Assembly: GCA_964016885.1 (NCBI GenBank)
Contig: OZ024745.1
Span: forward strand, 47,802,001 to 47,866,000
Source of the DNA: Eledone cirrhosa
Taxonomy: Eukaryota
DNA length: 64,000 nt
Direction: 5' to 3'
Shown: in pieces, positions 41,301-55,840 of the stretch
Numbering within the stretch: the stretch's first letter is position 1
How the letters are laid out: each line of letters opens with the position of its first letter
Made by a program: the position numbers and the translations under genes
Notes under the pieces: model-generated
Database searches by the model: none
The model's input: only the letters and a program-made list of their open reading frames with translations
Told to the model about the DNA's origin: nothing

Positions 41301-44300
41301 ACGTTCTCATGCAAGGTATAGCTTTCCTCTAGCTCATGACAACAGTACGAGAAACGTTCTCTTGGAATGTATAGCTTTCCTCTAGCTCATGACAACAGTA
41401 CTAGAAACGTTCTCTTGCAAGGTATAGCTTTCCTCTAGCTGACGACAACAGTACTAGAAACGTTCTCTTGCAAGGTATAGCTTTCCTCTACCTCATGACA
41501 ACAGTACTAGAAACGTTCTCTTGCTTGCAAGGTATAGCTTTCCTCTACCTCATGACAACAGTACTAGAAACGTTCTCTTGCAAGGTATAGCTTTCCTCTA
41601 ACTGATGACAACAGTACTAGAAACCTTCTGTTGCAAGGTATAGCTTTCCTCTACCTCATGACAACAGTACTAGAAACGTTCTCCTGCAAGGTATAGCTTT
41701 CCTCTAGCTCATGACAACAGTACTAGAAACGTTCTCTTGCAAGGTATAGCTTTCCTCTACCTCATGAAAACAGTACTAGAAACGTTCTCTTGCAAGGTAT
41801 AGCTTTCCTCTAGCTCATGACAACAGTACTAGAAACGTTCTCTTGCAAGGTATAGCTTTCCTGTAGCTCATGACAACAGTACTAGAAACGTTCTCTTGCA
41901 AGGTATAGCTTTCCTCTAGCTGATGACAACAGTACTAGAAACGTTCTCTTGCAATGTATAGCTTTCCTCTAGCTGATGACAACAGTACTAGAAACGTTCT
42001 CTTGCAAGGTATAGCTTTCCTCTACCTCATGACAACAGTACTAGAAACGTTCTCTTGCAAGGTATAGCTTTCCTCTACCTCATGACAACAGTACTAGAAA
42101 CGTTCTCTTGCAAGGTATAGCTTTCCTCTACCTCATGACAACAGTACTAGAAACGTTCTCTTGCAAGGTATAGCTTTCCTCTAGCTCATGACAACAGTAC
42201 TAGAAACGTTCTCTTGCAAGGTATAGCTTTCCTCTAGCTGACGACAACAGTACTAGAAACGTTCTCTTGCAAGGTATAGCTTTCCTCTACCTCATGACAA
42301 CAGTACTAGAAACGTTCTCTTGCAAGGTATAGCTTTCCTCTACCTCATGACAACATTACTAGAAACGTTCTCTTGCAAGGTATAGCTTTCCTCTACCTCA
42401 TGACAACAGTACTAGAAACGTTCTCTTGCAAGGTATAGCTTTCCTGTAGCTCATGACAACAGTACTAGAAACGTTCTCTTGTAAGGTATAGCTTTCCTCT
42501 AGCTGATGACAACAGTACTAGAAACGTTCTCTTGCAAGTTATAGCTTTCCTCTATCTGATGACAACAGTACTAGAAACGTTCTCTTGCAAGGTATAGCTC
42601 TCCTCTACCTCATCACAACAGTACTAGAAACGTTCTCTTGCAAGGTATAGCGTTCCTCTAGCTCATGACAACAGTACTAGAAACGTTCTCTTGCAAGGTA
42701 TAGCTTTCCTCTAGCTCATGACAACAATACTAGAAACGTTCTCTTGCAAGGTATAGCTTTCCTCTACCTCATGACAACAGTACTAGAAACGTTCTCTTGC
42801 AAGGTATAGCTTTCCTCTACCTCATGACAACAATACTAGAAACGTTCTCTTGCAAGGTATAGCTTTCCTCTAGCTCATGACAACAGTACTAGAAACGTTC
42901 TCTTGCAAGGTATAGCTTTCCTCTAGCTGATGACAAGAATACTAGAAACGTTCTCTTGCAAGGTATAGCTTTCCTCTACCTCGTGACAACAGTACTAGAA
43001 ACGTTCTCTTGCAAGGTATAGCTTTCCTCTACCTCATGACAACAATACTAGAAACGTTCTCTTGCAAGGTATAGCTTTCCTCTAGCTCATGACAACAGTA
43101 CTAGAAACGTTCTCTTGCAAGGTATAGCTTTCCTCTAGCTGATGACAAGAATACTAGAAACGTTCTCTTGCAAGGTATAGCTTTCCTCTAGCTAATGACA
43201 ACAGTACTAGAAACGTTCTCTTGCAAGGTATAGCTTTCCTCTAGCTGATGACAACAGTACTAGAAACGTTCTCTTGCAAGGTATAGCTTTCGTCTAGCTC
43301 ATGACAACAGTACTAGAAACGTTCTCTTGCAAGGTATAGCTTTCCTCTACCTCATGACAACAGTACTAGAAACGTTCTCTTGCAAGGTATAGCTTTCCTC
43401 TAGCTGATGACAACAGTACTAGAAACGTTCTCTTGCAAGGTATAGCTTTCCTCTAGCTGATGACAACAGTACTAGAAACGTTCTCTTGCAAGGTATAGCT
43501 TTCTTCTCCCTCATGACAACAGTACTAGAAACGTGCTCTTGCAAGGTATAGCTTTCCTCTACCTCATGACAACAGTACTAGAAACGTTCTCTTGCAAGGT
43601 ATAGCTTTCTTCTACCTCATGACAACAGTACTAGAAACGTTCTCTTGCAAGGTATAGCTTTCCTCTACCTCATGACAACAGTACTAGAAACGTTCTCTTG
43701 CAAGGTATAGCTTTCCTGTAGCTCATGACAACAGTACTAGAAACGTTCTCTTGTAAGGTATAGCTTTCCTCTAGCTGATGACAACAGTACTAGAAACGTT
43801 CTCTTGCAAGGTATAGCTTTCCTCTAGCTGATGACAACAGTACCAGAAACGTTCTCTTGCAAGGTATAGCTTTCCTCTACCTCATGACAACAGTACTAGA
43901 AACGTTCTCTTGCAAGGTATAGCTTTCCTCTAGCTGACGATAACAGTACTAGAAACGTTCTCTTGCAAGGTATAGCTTTCATCTAGCTCATGACAACAGT
44001 ACTAGAAACGTTCTCTTGCAAGGTATAGCTTTCCTCTACCTCATGACAACAGTACTAGAAACGTTCTCTTGCAAGGTATAGCTTTCCTCTAGCTGATGAC
44101 AACAGTACTAGAAACGTTCTCTTGCAAGGTATAGCTTTCCTCTAGCTGATGACAACAGTACTAGAAACGTTCTCTTGCAAGGTATAGCTTTCTTCTCCCT
44201 CATGACAACAGTACTAGAAACGTGCTCTTGCAAGGTATAGCTTTCCTCTACCTCATGACAACAGTACTAGAAACGTTCTCTTGCAAGGTATAGCTTTCTT

Positions 44301-47300
44301 CTACCTCATGACAACAGTACTAGAAACGTTCTCTTGCAAGGTATAGCTTTCCTCTACCTCATGACAACAGTACTAGAAACGTACTCTTGCAAGGTATAGC
44401 TTTCCTGTAGCTCATGACAACAGTACTAGAAACGTTCTCTTGTAAGGTATAGCTTTCCTCTAGCTGATGACAACAGTACTAGAAACGTTCTCTTGCAAGG
44501 TATAGCTTTCCTCTAGCTGATGACAACAGTACCAGAAACGTTCTCTTTCAAGGTATAGCTTTCTTCTCCCTCATGACAACAGTACTAGAAACGTGCTCTT
44601 GCAAGTTATAGCTTTCCTCTACCTCATGACAACAGTACTAGAAACGTTCTCTTGCAAGGTATAGCTTTCTTCTACCTCATGTCAACAGTACTAGAAACGT
44701 TCTCTTGCAAGGTATAGCTTTCCTCTACCTCATGACAACAGTACTAGAAACGTTCTCTTGCAAGGTATAGCTTTCCTGTAGCTCATGACAACAGTACTAG
44801 AAACGTTCTCTTGTAAGGTATAGCTTTCCTCTAGCTGATGACAACAGTACTAGAAACGTTCTCTTGCAAGGTATAGCTTTCCTCTAGCTGATGACAACAG
44901 TACCAGAAACGTTCTCTTGCAAGGTATAGCTTTCCTCTACCTCATGACAACAGTACTAGAAACGTTCTCTTGCAAGGTATAGCTTTCCTCTAGCTGACGA
45001 CAACAGTACTAGAAACGTTCTCTTGCAAGGTATAGCTTTCATCTAGCTCATGACAACAGTACTAGAAACGTTCTCTTGCAAGGTATAGCTTTCCTCTACC
45101 TCATGACAACAGTACTAGAAACGTTCTCTTGCAAGGTATAGCTTTCCTCTAGCTGATGACAACAGTACTAGAAACGTTCTCTTGCAAGGTATAGCTTTCC
45201 TCTAGCTGATGACAACAGTACTAGAAACGTTCTCTTGCAAGGTATAGCTTTCTTCTCCCTCATGACAACAGTACTAGAAACGTGCTCTTGCAAGGTATAG
45301 CTTTCCTCTACCTCATGACAACAGTACTAGAAACGTTCTCTTGCAAGGTATAGCTTTCTTCTACCTCATGACAACAGTACTAGAAACGTTCTCTTGCAAG
45401 GTATAGCTTTCCTCTACCTCATGACAACAGTACTAGAAACGTTCTCTTGCAAGGTATAGCTTTCCTGTAGCTCATGACAACAGTACTAGAAACGTTCTCT
45501 TGTAAGGTATAGCTTTCCTCTAGCTGATGACAACAGTACTAGAAACGTTCTCTTGCAAGGTATAGCTTTCCTCTACCTCATGACAACAGTACTAGAAACG
45601 TTCTCTTGCAAGGTATAGCTTTCCTGTAGCTCATGACAACAGTACTAGAAACGTTCTCTTGTAAGGTATAGCTTTCCTCTAGCTGATGACAACAGTACTA
45701 GAAACGTTCTCTTGCAAGGTATAGCTTTCCTCTACCTCATGACAACAGTACTAGAAACGTTCTCTTGCAAGGTATAGCTTTCCTGTAGCTCATGACAACA
45801 GTACTAGAAACGTTCTCTTGTAAGGTATAGCTTTCCTCTAGCTGATGACAACAGTACTAGAAACGTTCTCTTGCAAGGTATAGCTTTCCTCTAGCTGATG
45901 ACAACAGTACCAGAAACGTTCTCTTGCAAGGTATAGCTTTCCTCTACCTCATGACAACAGTACTAGAAACGTTCTCTTGCAAGGTATAGCTTTCCTCTAG
46001 CTGACGACAACAGTACTAGAAACGTTCTCTTGCAAGGTATAGCTTTCATCTAGCTCATGACAACAGTACTAGAAACGTTCTCTTGCAAGGTATAGCTTTC
46101 CTCTACCTCATGACAACAGTACTAGAAACGTTCTCTTGCAAGGTATAGCTTTCCTCTAGCTGACGACAACAGTACTAGAAACGTTCTCTTGCAAGGTATA
46201 GCTTTCCTCTCCCTCATGACAACAGTACTAGAAACGTTCTCTTGCTTGCAAGGTATAGCTTTCCTCTACCTCATGACAACAGTACTAGAAACGTTCTCTT
46301 GCAAGGTATAGCTTTCCTCTACCTCATGACAACAGTACTAGAAACGTTCTCTTGCAAGTTATAGCTTTCCTCTAGCTCATGACAACAGTACTAGAAACGT
46401 TCTCTTGCAAGGTATAGCTTTCCTGTAGCTCATGACAACAGTACTAGAAACGTTCTCTTGCAAGGTATAGCTTTCCTCTAGCTGACGACAACAGTACTAG
46501 AAACGTTCTCTTGCAATTTATAGCTTTCCTCTAGCTGATGACAACAGTACTAGAAACGTTCTCTTGCAAGGTATAGCTTTCCTCTACCTCATGACAACAG
46601 TACTAGAAACGTTCTCTTGCAAGGTATAGCTTTCCTCTACCTCATGACAACAGTACTAGAAACGTTCTCTTGCAAGGTATAGCTTTCTTGTACCTCATGA
46701 CAACAGTACTAGAAACGTTCTCTTGCAAGGTATAGCTTTCCTCTAGCTCATGACAACAGTACTAGAAACGTTCTCTTGCAAGGTATAGCTTTCCTCTACC
46801 TCATGACAACAGTACTAGAAACGTTCTCTTGCAAGGTATAGCTTTGTTCTAGCTCATGACAACAGTACTAGAAACGTTCTCTTGCAAGATATAGCTTTCC
46901 TCTACCTCATGACAACAGTACTAGAAACGTTCTCATGCAAGGTATAGCTTTCCTCTAGCTCATGACAACAGTACTAGAAACGTTCTCTTGGAATGTATAG
47001 CTTTCCTCTAGCTCATGACAACAGTACTAGAAACGTTCTCTTGCAAGGTATAGCTTTCCTCTAGCTGACGACAACAGTACTAGAAACGTTCTCTTGCAAG
47101 GTATAGCTTTCCTCTACCTCATGACAACAGTACTAGAAACGTTCTCTTGCTTGCAAGGTATAGCTTTCCTCTACCTCATGACAACAGTACTAGAAACGTT
47201 CTCTTGCAAGGTATAGCTTTCCTCTAGCTGATGACAACAGTACTAGAAACCTTCTGTTGCAAGGTATAGCTTTCCTCTACCTCATGACAACAGTACTAGA

Positions 47301-49266
47301 AACGTTCTCCTGCAAGGTATAGCTTTCCTCTAGCTCATGACAACAGTACTAGAAACGTTCTCTTGCAAGGTATAGCTTTCCTCTACCTCATGAAAACAGT
47401 ACTAGAAACGTTCTCTTGCAAGGTATAGCTTTCCTCTAGCTCATGACAACAGTACTAGAAACGTTCTCTTGCAAGGTATAGCTTTCCTGTAGCTCATGAC
47501 AACAGTACTAGAAACGTTCTCTTGCAAGGTATAGCTTTCCTCTAGCTGATGACAACAGTACTAGAAACGTTCTCTTGCAATGTATAGCTTTCCTCTAGCT
47601 GATGACAACAGTACTAGAAACGTTCTCTTGCAAGGTATAGCTTTCCTCTACCTCATGACAACAGTACTAGAAACGTTCTCTTGCAAGGTATAGCTTTCCT
47701 CTACCTCATGACAACAGTACTAGAAACGTTCTCTTGCAAGGTATAGCTTTCCTCTACCTCATGACAACAGTACTAGAAACGTTCTCTTGCAAGGTATAGC
47801 TTTCCTCTAGCTCATGACAACAGTACTAGAAACGTTCTCTTGCAAGGTATAGCTTTCCTCTAGCTGACGACAACAGTACTAGAAACGTTCTCTTGCAAGG
47901 TATAGCTTTCCTCTACCTCATGACAACAGTACTAGAAACGTTCTCTTGCAAGGTATAGCTTTCCTCTACCTCATGACAACATTACTAGAAACGTTCTCTT
48001 GCAAGGTATAGCTTTCCTCTACCTCATGACAAGAGAACTAGAAACGTTCTCTTGCAAGGTATAGCTTTCCTGTAGCTCATGACAACAGTACTAGAAACGT
48101 TCTCTTGTAAGGTATAGCTTTCCTCTAGCTGATGACAACAGTACTAGAAACGTTCTCTTGCAAGTTATAGCTTTCCTCTATCTGATGACAACAGTACTAG
48201 AAACGTTCTCTTGCAAGGTATAGCTCTCCTCTACCTCATCACAACAGTACTAGAAACGTTCTCTTGCAAGGTATAGCGTTCCTCTAGCTCATGACAACAG
48301 TACTAGAAACGTTCTCTTGCAAGGTATAGCTTTCCTCTAGCTCATGACAACAATACTAGAAACGTTCTCTTGCAAGGTATAGCTTTCCTCTACCTCATGA
48401 CAACAGTACTAGAAACGTTCTCTTGCAAGGTATAGCTTTCCTCTACCTCATGACAACAATACTAGAAACGTTCTCTTGCAAGGTATAGCTTTCCTCTAGC
48501 TCATGACAACAGTACTAGAAACGTTCTCTTGCAAGGTATAGCTTTCCTCTAGCTGATGACAAGAATACTAGAAACGTTCTCTTGCAAGGTATAGCTTTCC
48601 TCTACCTCGTGACAACAGTACTAGAAACGTTCTCTTGCAAGGTATAGCTTTCCTCTACCTCATGACAACAATACTAGAAACGTTCTCTTGCAAGGTATAG
48701 CTTTCCTCTAGCTCATGACAACAGTACTAGAAACGTTCTCTTGCAAGGTATAGCTTTCCTCTAGCTGATGACAAGAATACTAGAAACGTTCTCTTGCAAG
48801 GTATAGCTTTCCTCTAGCTAATGACAACAGTACTAGAAACGTTCTCTTGCAAGGTATAGCTTTCCTCTAGCTGATGACAACAGTACTAGAAACGTTCTCT
48901 TGCAAGGTATAGCTTTCGTCTAGCTCATGACAACAGTACTAGAAACGTTCTCTTGCAAGGTATAGCTTTCCTCTACCTCATGACAACAGTACTAGAAACG
49001 TTCTCTTGCAAGGTATAGCTTTCCTCTAGCTGATGACAACAGTACTAGAAACGTTCTCTTGCAAGGTATAGCTTTCCTCTAGCTGATGACAACAGTACTA
49101 GAAACGTTCTCTTGCAAGGTATAGCTTTCTTCTCCCTCATGACAACAGTACTAGAAACGTGCTCTTGCAAGGTATAGCTTTCCTCTACCTCATGACAACA
49201 GTACTAGAAACGTTCTCTTGCAAGGTATAGCTTTCTTCTACCTCATGACAACAGTACTAGAAACGT
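40301..49266. repeat. ~3.3 kb block duplication: ~40301-43640 repeated at ~45927-49266 (offset 5626 = 106 monomers + 8)
   Basis: TTGC insertions at 40616/46242 and 41521/47147, TGAAAA at 41765/47391 and TCGTGAC at 42981/48607 all have offset 5626. Confidence 0.9.
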
Positions 49267-49969
49267 TCTCTTGCAAGGTACAGCTTTCCTCTACCTCATG
49301 ACAACAGTACTAGAAACGTTCTCTTGCAAGGTATAGCTTTCCTCTACCTCATGACAACAGTACTAGAAACGTTCTCTTGCAAGGTATAGCTTTCCTGTAG
49401 CTCATGACAACAGTACTAGAAACGTTCTTATGTAAGGTATAGCTTTCCTCTAGCTGATGACAACAGTACTAGAAACGTTCTCTTGCAAGGTATAGCTTTC
49501 CTCTAGCTGATGACAACAGTACCAGAAACGTTCTCTTGCAAGGTATAGCTTTCCTCTACCTCATGACAACAGTACTAGAAACGTTCTCTTGCAAAGTATA
49601 GCTTTCCTCTACCTCATGACAACGGTACTAGAAACGTTCTCTTGCAAGGTATAGCTTTCCTCTAGCTTATGACAACAGTACTAGAAACGTTCTCTTGCAA
49701 GGTATAGCTCTCCTCTAGCTCATGACAACAGTACTAGAAACGTTCTCTTGCAAGGTATAGCTTTCCTCTAGCTCATGACAACAGTACTAGAAACGTTCTC
49801 TTGCAAGGTATAGCTTTCCTCTACCTCATGACAACAGTACTAGAAACGTTCTCTTGCAAGGTATAGCTTTCCTCTAGCTCATGACAACAGTACTAGAAAC
49901 GTTCTCTTGCAAGGTATAGCTTTCCTCTACCTCATGACAACAGTACTAGAAACGTTCTCTTGCAAGGTA

Positions 49970-52900
49970 TAGCTTTCCTCTAGCTCATGACAACAATACT
50001 AGAAACGTTCTCATGCAAGGTATAGCTTTCCTCTACCTCATGACAACAGTACTAGAAACGTTCTCTTGCAAGGTATAGCTTTCATCTAACTCATGACAAC
50101 AGTACTAGAAACGTTCTCTTGCAAGGTATAGCTTTCCTCTACCTCATGACAACAGTACTAGAAACGTTCTCTTGCAAGGTATAGCTTTCCTCTAGCTGAC
50201 GACAACAGTACTAGAAACGTTCTCTTGCAAGGTATAGCTTTCCTCTCCCTCATTACAACAGTACTAGAAACGTTCTCTTGCTTGCAAGGTATAGCTTTCC
50301 TCTACCTCATGACAACAGTACTAGAAACGTTCTCTTGCAAGGTATAGCTTTCCTCTACCTCATGACAACAGTACTAGAAACGTTCTCTTGCAAGGTATAG
50401 CTTTCCTCTAGCTCATGACAACAGTACTAGAAACGTTCTCTTGCAAGGTATAGCTTTCCTCTATCTCATGACAACAGTACTAGAAACGTTCTCTTGCAAG
50501 GTATAGCTTTCCTCTACCTCATGACAACAGTACTAGAAACGTTCTCTTGCAAGGTATAGCTTTCCTCTAGCTGATGACAACAGTACTAGAAACGTTCTCT
50601 TGCAAGGTATAGCTTTCTTCTCCCTCATGACAACAGTACTAGAAACGTGCTCTTGCAAGGTATAGCTTTCCTCTACCTCATGACAACAGTACTAGAAACG
50701 TTCTCTTGCAAGGTATAGCTTTCTTCTACCTCATGACAACAGTACTAGAAACGTTCTCTTGCAAGGTACAGCTTTCCTCTACCTCATGACAACAGTACTA
50801 GAAACGTTCTCTTGCAAGGTATAGCTTTCCTCTACCTCATGACAACAGTACTAGAAACGTTCTCTTGCAAGGTATAGCTTTCCTGTAGCTCATGACAACA
50901 GTACTAGAAACGTTCTCTTGTAAGGTATAGCTTTCCTCTAGCTGATGACAACAGTACTAGAAACGTTCTCTTGCAAGGTATAGCTTTCCTCTAGCTGATG
51001 ACAACAGTACCAGAAACGTTCTCTTGCAAGGTATAGCTTTCCTCTACCTCATGACAACAGTACTAGAAACGTTCTCTTGCAAGGTATAGCTTTCCTCTAG
51101 CTGATGACAACAGTACTAGAAACGTTCTCTTGCAAGGTATAGCTTTCCTCTACCTCATGACAACAGTACTAGAAACGTTCTCTTGCAAGTTATAGCTTTC
51201 CTCTAGCTGATGACAACAGTACTAGAAACGTTCTCTTGCAACGTATAGCTTTCCTCTACCTCATCACAACAGTACTAGAAACGTTCTCTTGCAAGGTATA
51301 GCTTTCCTCTAGCTGATGACAACAGTACTAGAAACGTTCTCTTGCAAGTTATAGCTTTCCTCTACCTCATCACAACAGTACTAGAAACGTTCTCTTGCAA
51401 GGTATAGCTTTCTTCTACCTCATGACAACAGTACTAGAAACGTTCTCTTGCAAGGTATAGCTTTCCTCTCCCTCATGACAACAGTACTAGAAACGTTCTC
51501 TTGCAAGGTATAGCTTTCCTCTAGCTCATGACAACAATACTAGAAACGTTCTCTTGCAAGGTATAGCTTTCCTCTAGCTGATGACAACAGTACTAGAAAC
51601 GTTCTCTTGCAAGGTATAGCTTTCGTCTAGCTCATGACAACAGTACTAGAAACGTTCTCTTACAAGGTATAGCTTTCCTCTAGCTCATGACAACAGCAGT
51701 AGAAACGTTCTCTTGCAAAGTATAGCTTTCCTCTACCTCATGACAACGGTACTAGAAACGTTCTCTTGCAAGGTATAGCTTTCCTCTAGCTTATGACAAC
51801 AGTACTAGAAACGTTCTCTTGCAAGGTATAGCTCTCCTCTAGCTCATGACAACAGTACTAGAAACGTTCTCTTGCAAGGTATAGCTTTCCTCTAGCTCAT
51901 GACAACAGTACTAGAAACGTTCTCTTGCAAGGTATAGCTTTCCTCTACCTCATGACAACAGTACTAGAAACGTTCTCTTGCAAGGTATAGCTTTCCTCTA
52001 GCTCATGACAACAGTACTAGAAACGTTCTCTTGCAAGGTATAGCTTTCCTCTACCTCCTGACAACAGTACTAGAAACGTTCTCTTGCAAGGTATAGCTTT
52101 CCTCTAGCTCATGACAACAATACTAGAAACGTTCTCATGCAAGGTATAGCTTTCCTCTACCTCATGACAACAGTACTAGAAACGTTCTCTTGCAAGGTAT
52201 AGCTTTCATCTAACTCATGACAACAGTACTAGAAACGTTCTCTTGCAAGGTATAGCTTTCCTCTACCTCATGACAACAGTACTAGAAACGTTCTCTTGCA
52301 AGGTATAGCTTTCCTCTAGCTGACGACAACAGTACTAGAAACGTTCTCTTGCAAGGTATAGCTTTCCTCTCCCTCATGACAACAGTACTAGAAACGTTCT
52401 CTTGCTTGCAAGGTATAGCTTTCCTCTACCTCATGACAACAGTACTAGAAACGTTCTCTTGCAAGGTATAGCTTTCCTCTACCTCATGACAACAGTACTA
52501 GAAACGTTCTCTTGCAAGGTATAGCTTTCCTCTAGCTCATGACAACAGTACTAGAAACGTTCTCTTGCAAGGTATAGCTTTCCTGTAGCTCATGACAACA
52601 GTACTAGAAACGTTCTCTTGCAAGGTATAGCTTTCCTCTAGCTGACGACAACAGTACTAGAAACGTTCTCTTGCAATTTATAGCTTTCCTCTAGCTGATG
52701 ACAACAGTACTAGAAACGTTCTCTTGCAAGGTATAGCTTTCCTCTACCTCATGACAACAGTACTAGAAACGTTCTCTTGCAAGGTATAGCTTTCCTCTAC
52801 CTCATGACAACAGTACTAGAAACGTTCTCTTGCAAGGTATAGCTTTCTTGTACCTCATGACAACAGTACTAGAAACGTTCTCTTGCAAGGTACAGCTTTC

Positions 52901-55840
52901 CTCTAGCTCATGACAACAATACTAGAAACGTTCTCATGCAAGGTATAGCTTTCCTCTACCTCATGACAACAGTACTAGAAACGTTCTCTTGCAAGGTATA
53001 GCTTTCATCTAACTCATGACAACAGTACTAGAAACGTTCTCTTGCAAGGTATAGCTTTCCTCTACCTCATGACAACAGTACTAGAAACGTTCTCTTGCAA
53101 GGTATAGCTTTCCTCTAGCTGACGACAACAGTACTAGAAACGTTCTCTTGCAAGGTATAGCTTTCCTCTCCCTCATGACAACAGTACTAGAAACGTTCTC
53201 TTGCTTGCAAGGTATAGCTTTCCTCTACCTCATGACAACAGTACTAGAAACGTTCTCTTGCAAGGTATAGCTTTCCTCTACCTCATGACAACAGTACTAG
53301 AAACGTTCTCTTGCAAGGTATAGCTTTCCTCTAGCTCATGACAACAGTACTAGAAACGTTCTCTTGCAAGGTATAGCTTTCCTCTATCTCATGACAACAG
53401 TACTAGAAACGTTCTCTTGCAAGGTATAGCTTTCCTCTACCTCATGACAACAGTACTAGAAACGTTCTCTTGCAAGGTATAGCTTTCCTCTAGCTGATGA
53501 CAACAGTACTAGAAACGTTCTCTTGCAAGGTATAGCTTTCTTCTCCCTCATGACAACAGTACTAGAAACGTGCTCTTGCAAGGTATAGCTTTCCTCTACC
53601 TCATGACAACAGTACTAGAAACGTTCTCTTGCAAGGTATAGCTTTCTTCTACCTCATGACAACAGTACTAGAAACGTTCTCTTGCAAGGTACAGCTTTCC
53701 TCTACCTCATGACAACAGTACTAGAAACGTTCTCTTGCAAGGTATAGCTTTCCTCTACCTCATGACAACAGTACTAGAAACGTTCTCTTGCAAGGTATAG
53801 CTTTCCTGTAGCTCATGACAACAGTACTAGAAACGTTCTCTTGTAAGGTATAGCTTTCCTCTAGCTGATGACAACAGTACTAGAAACGTTCTCTTGCAAG
53901 GTATAGCTTTCCTCTAGCTGATGACAACAGTACCAGAAACGTTCTCTTGCAAGGTATAGCTTTCCTCTACCTCATGACAACAGTACTAGAAACGTTCTCT
54001 TGCAAGGTATAGCTTTCCTCTAGCTGATGACAACAGTACTAGAAACGTTCTCTTGCAAGGTATAGCTTTCCTCTACCTCATGACAACAGTACTAGAAACG
54101 TTCTCTTGCAAGTTATAGCTTTCCTCTAGCTGATGACAACAGTACTAGAAACGTTCTCTTGCAAGGTATAGCTTTCCTCTACCTCATCACAACAGTACTA
54201 GAAACGTTCTCTTGCAAGGTATAGCTTTCCTCTAGCTGATGACAACAGTACTAGAAACGTTCTCTTGCAAGTTATAGCTTTCCTCTACCTCATCACAACA
54301 GTACTAGAAACGTTCTCTTGCAAGGTATAGCTTTCTTCTACCTCATGACAACAGTACTAGAAACGTTCTCTTGCAAGGTATAGCTTTCCTCTCCCTCATG
54401 ACAACAGTACTAGAAACGTTCTCTTGCAAGGTATAGCTTTCCTCTAGCTCATGACAACAATACTAGAAACGTTCTCTTGCAAGGTATAGCTTTCCTCTAG
54501 CTGATGACAACAGTACTAGAAACGTTCTCTTGCAAGGTATAGCTTTCGTCTAGCTCATGACAACAGTACTAGAAACGTTCTCTTACAAGGTATAGCTTTC
54601 CTCTAGCTCATGACAACAGCAGTAGAAACGTTCTCTTGCAAAGTATAGCTTTCCTCTACCTCATGACAACGGTACTAGAAACGTTCTCTTGCAAGGTATA
54701 GCTTTCCTCTAGCTTATGACAACAGTACTAGAAACGTTCTCTTGCAAGGTATAGCTCTCCTCTAGCTCATGACAACAGTACTAGAAACGTTCTCTTGCAA
54801 GGTATAGCTTTCCTCTAGCTCATGACAACAGTACTAGAAACGTTCTCTTGCAAGGTATAGCTTTCCTCTACCTCATGACAACAGTACTAGAAACGTTCTC
54901 TTGCAAGGTATAGCTTTCCTCTAGCTCATGACAACAGTACTAGAAACGTTCTCTTGCAAGGTATAGCTTTCCTCTACCTCCTGACAACAGTACTAGAAAC
55001 GTTCTCTTGCAAGGTATAGCTTTCCTCTAGCTCATGACAACAATACTAGAAACGTTCTCATGCAAGGTATAGCTTTCCTCTACCTCATGACAACAGTACT
55101 AGAAACGTTCTCTTGCAAGGTATAGCTTTCATCTAACTCATGACAACAGTACTAGAAACGTTCTCTTGCAAGGTATAGCTTTCCTCTACCTCATGACAAC
55201 AGTACTAGAAACGTTCTCTTGCAAGGTATAGCTTTCCTCTAGCTGACGACAACAGTACTAGAAACGTTCTCTTGCAAGGTATAGCTTTCCTCTCCCTCAT
55301 GACAACAGTACTAGAAACGTTCTCTTGCTTGCAAGGTATAGCTTTCCTCTACCTCATGACAACAGTACTAGAAACGTTCTCTTGCAAGGTATAGCTTTCC
55401 TCTACCTCATGACAACAGTACTAGAAACGTTCTCTTGCAAGGTATAGCTTTCCTCTAGCTCATGACAACAGTACTAGAAACGTTCTCTTGCAAGGTATAG
55501 CTTTCCTGTAGCTCATGACAACAGTACTAGAAACGTTCTCTTGCAAGGTATAGCTTTCCTCTAGCTGACGACAACAGTACTAGAAACGTTCTCTTGCAAT
55601 TTATAGCTTTCCTCTAGCTGATGACAACAGTACTAGAAACGTTCTCTTGCAAGGTATAGCTTTCCTCTACCTCATGACAACAGTACTAGAAACGTTCTCT
55701 TGCAAGGTATAGCTTTCCTCTACCTCATGACAACAGTACTAGAAACGTTCTCTTGCAAGGTATAGCTTTCTTGTACCTCATGACAACAGTACTAGAAACG
55801 TTCTCTTGCAAGGTACAGCTTTCCTCTAGCTCATGACAAC
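49970..55840. repeat. Tandem duplication of a 55-monomer unit (2923 bp)
   Basis: TTGC insertions at 50278/53201 and 52402/55325, CTACCTCCTG at 52051/54974 and TACAG at 52891/55814 all have offset 2923 = 55x53+8. Confidence 0.92.
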
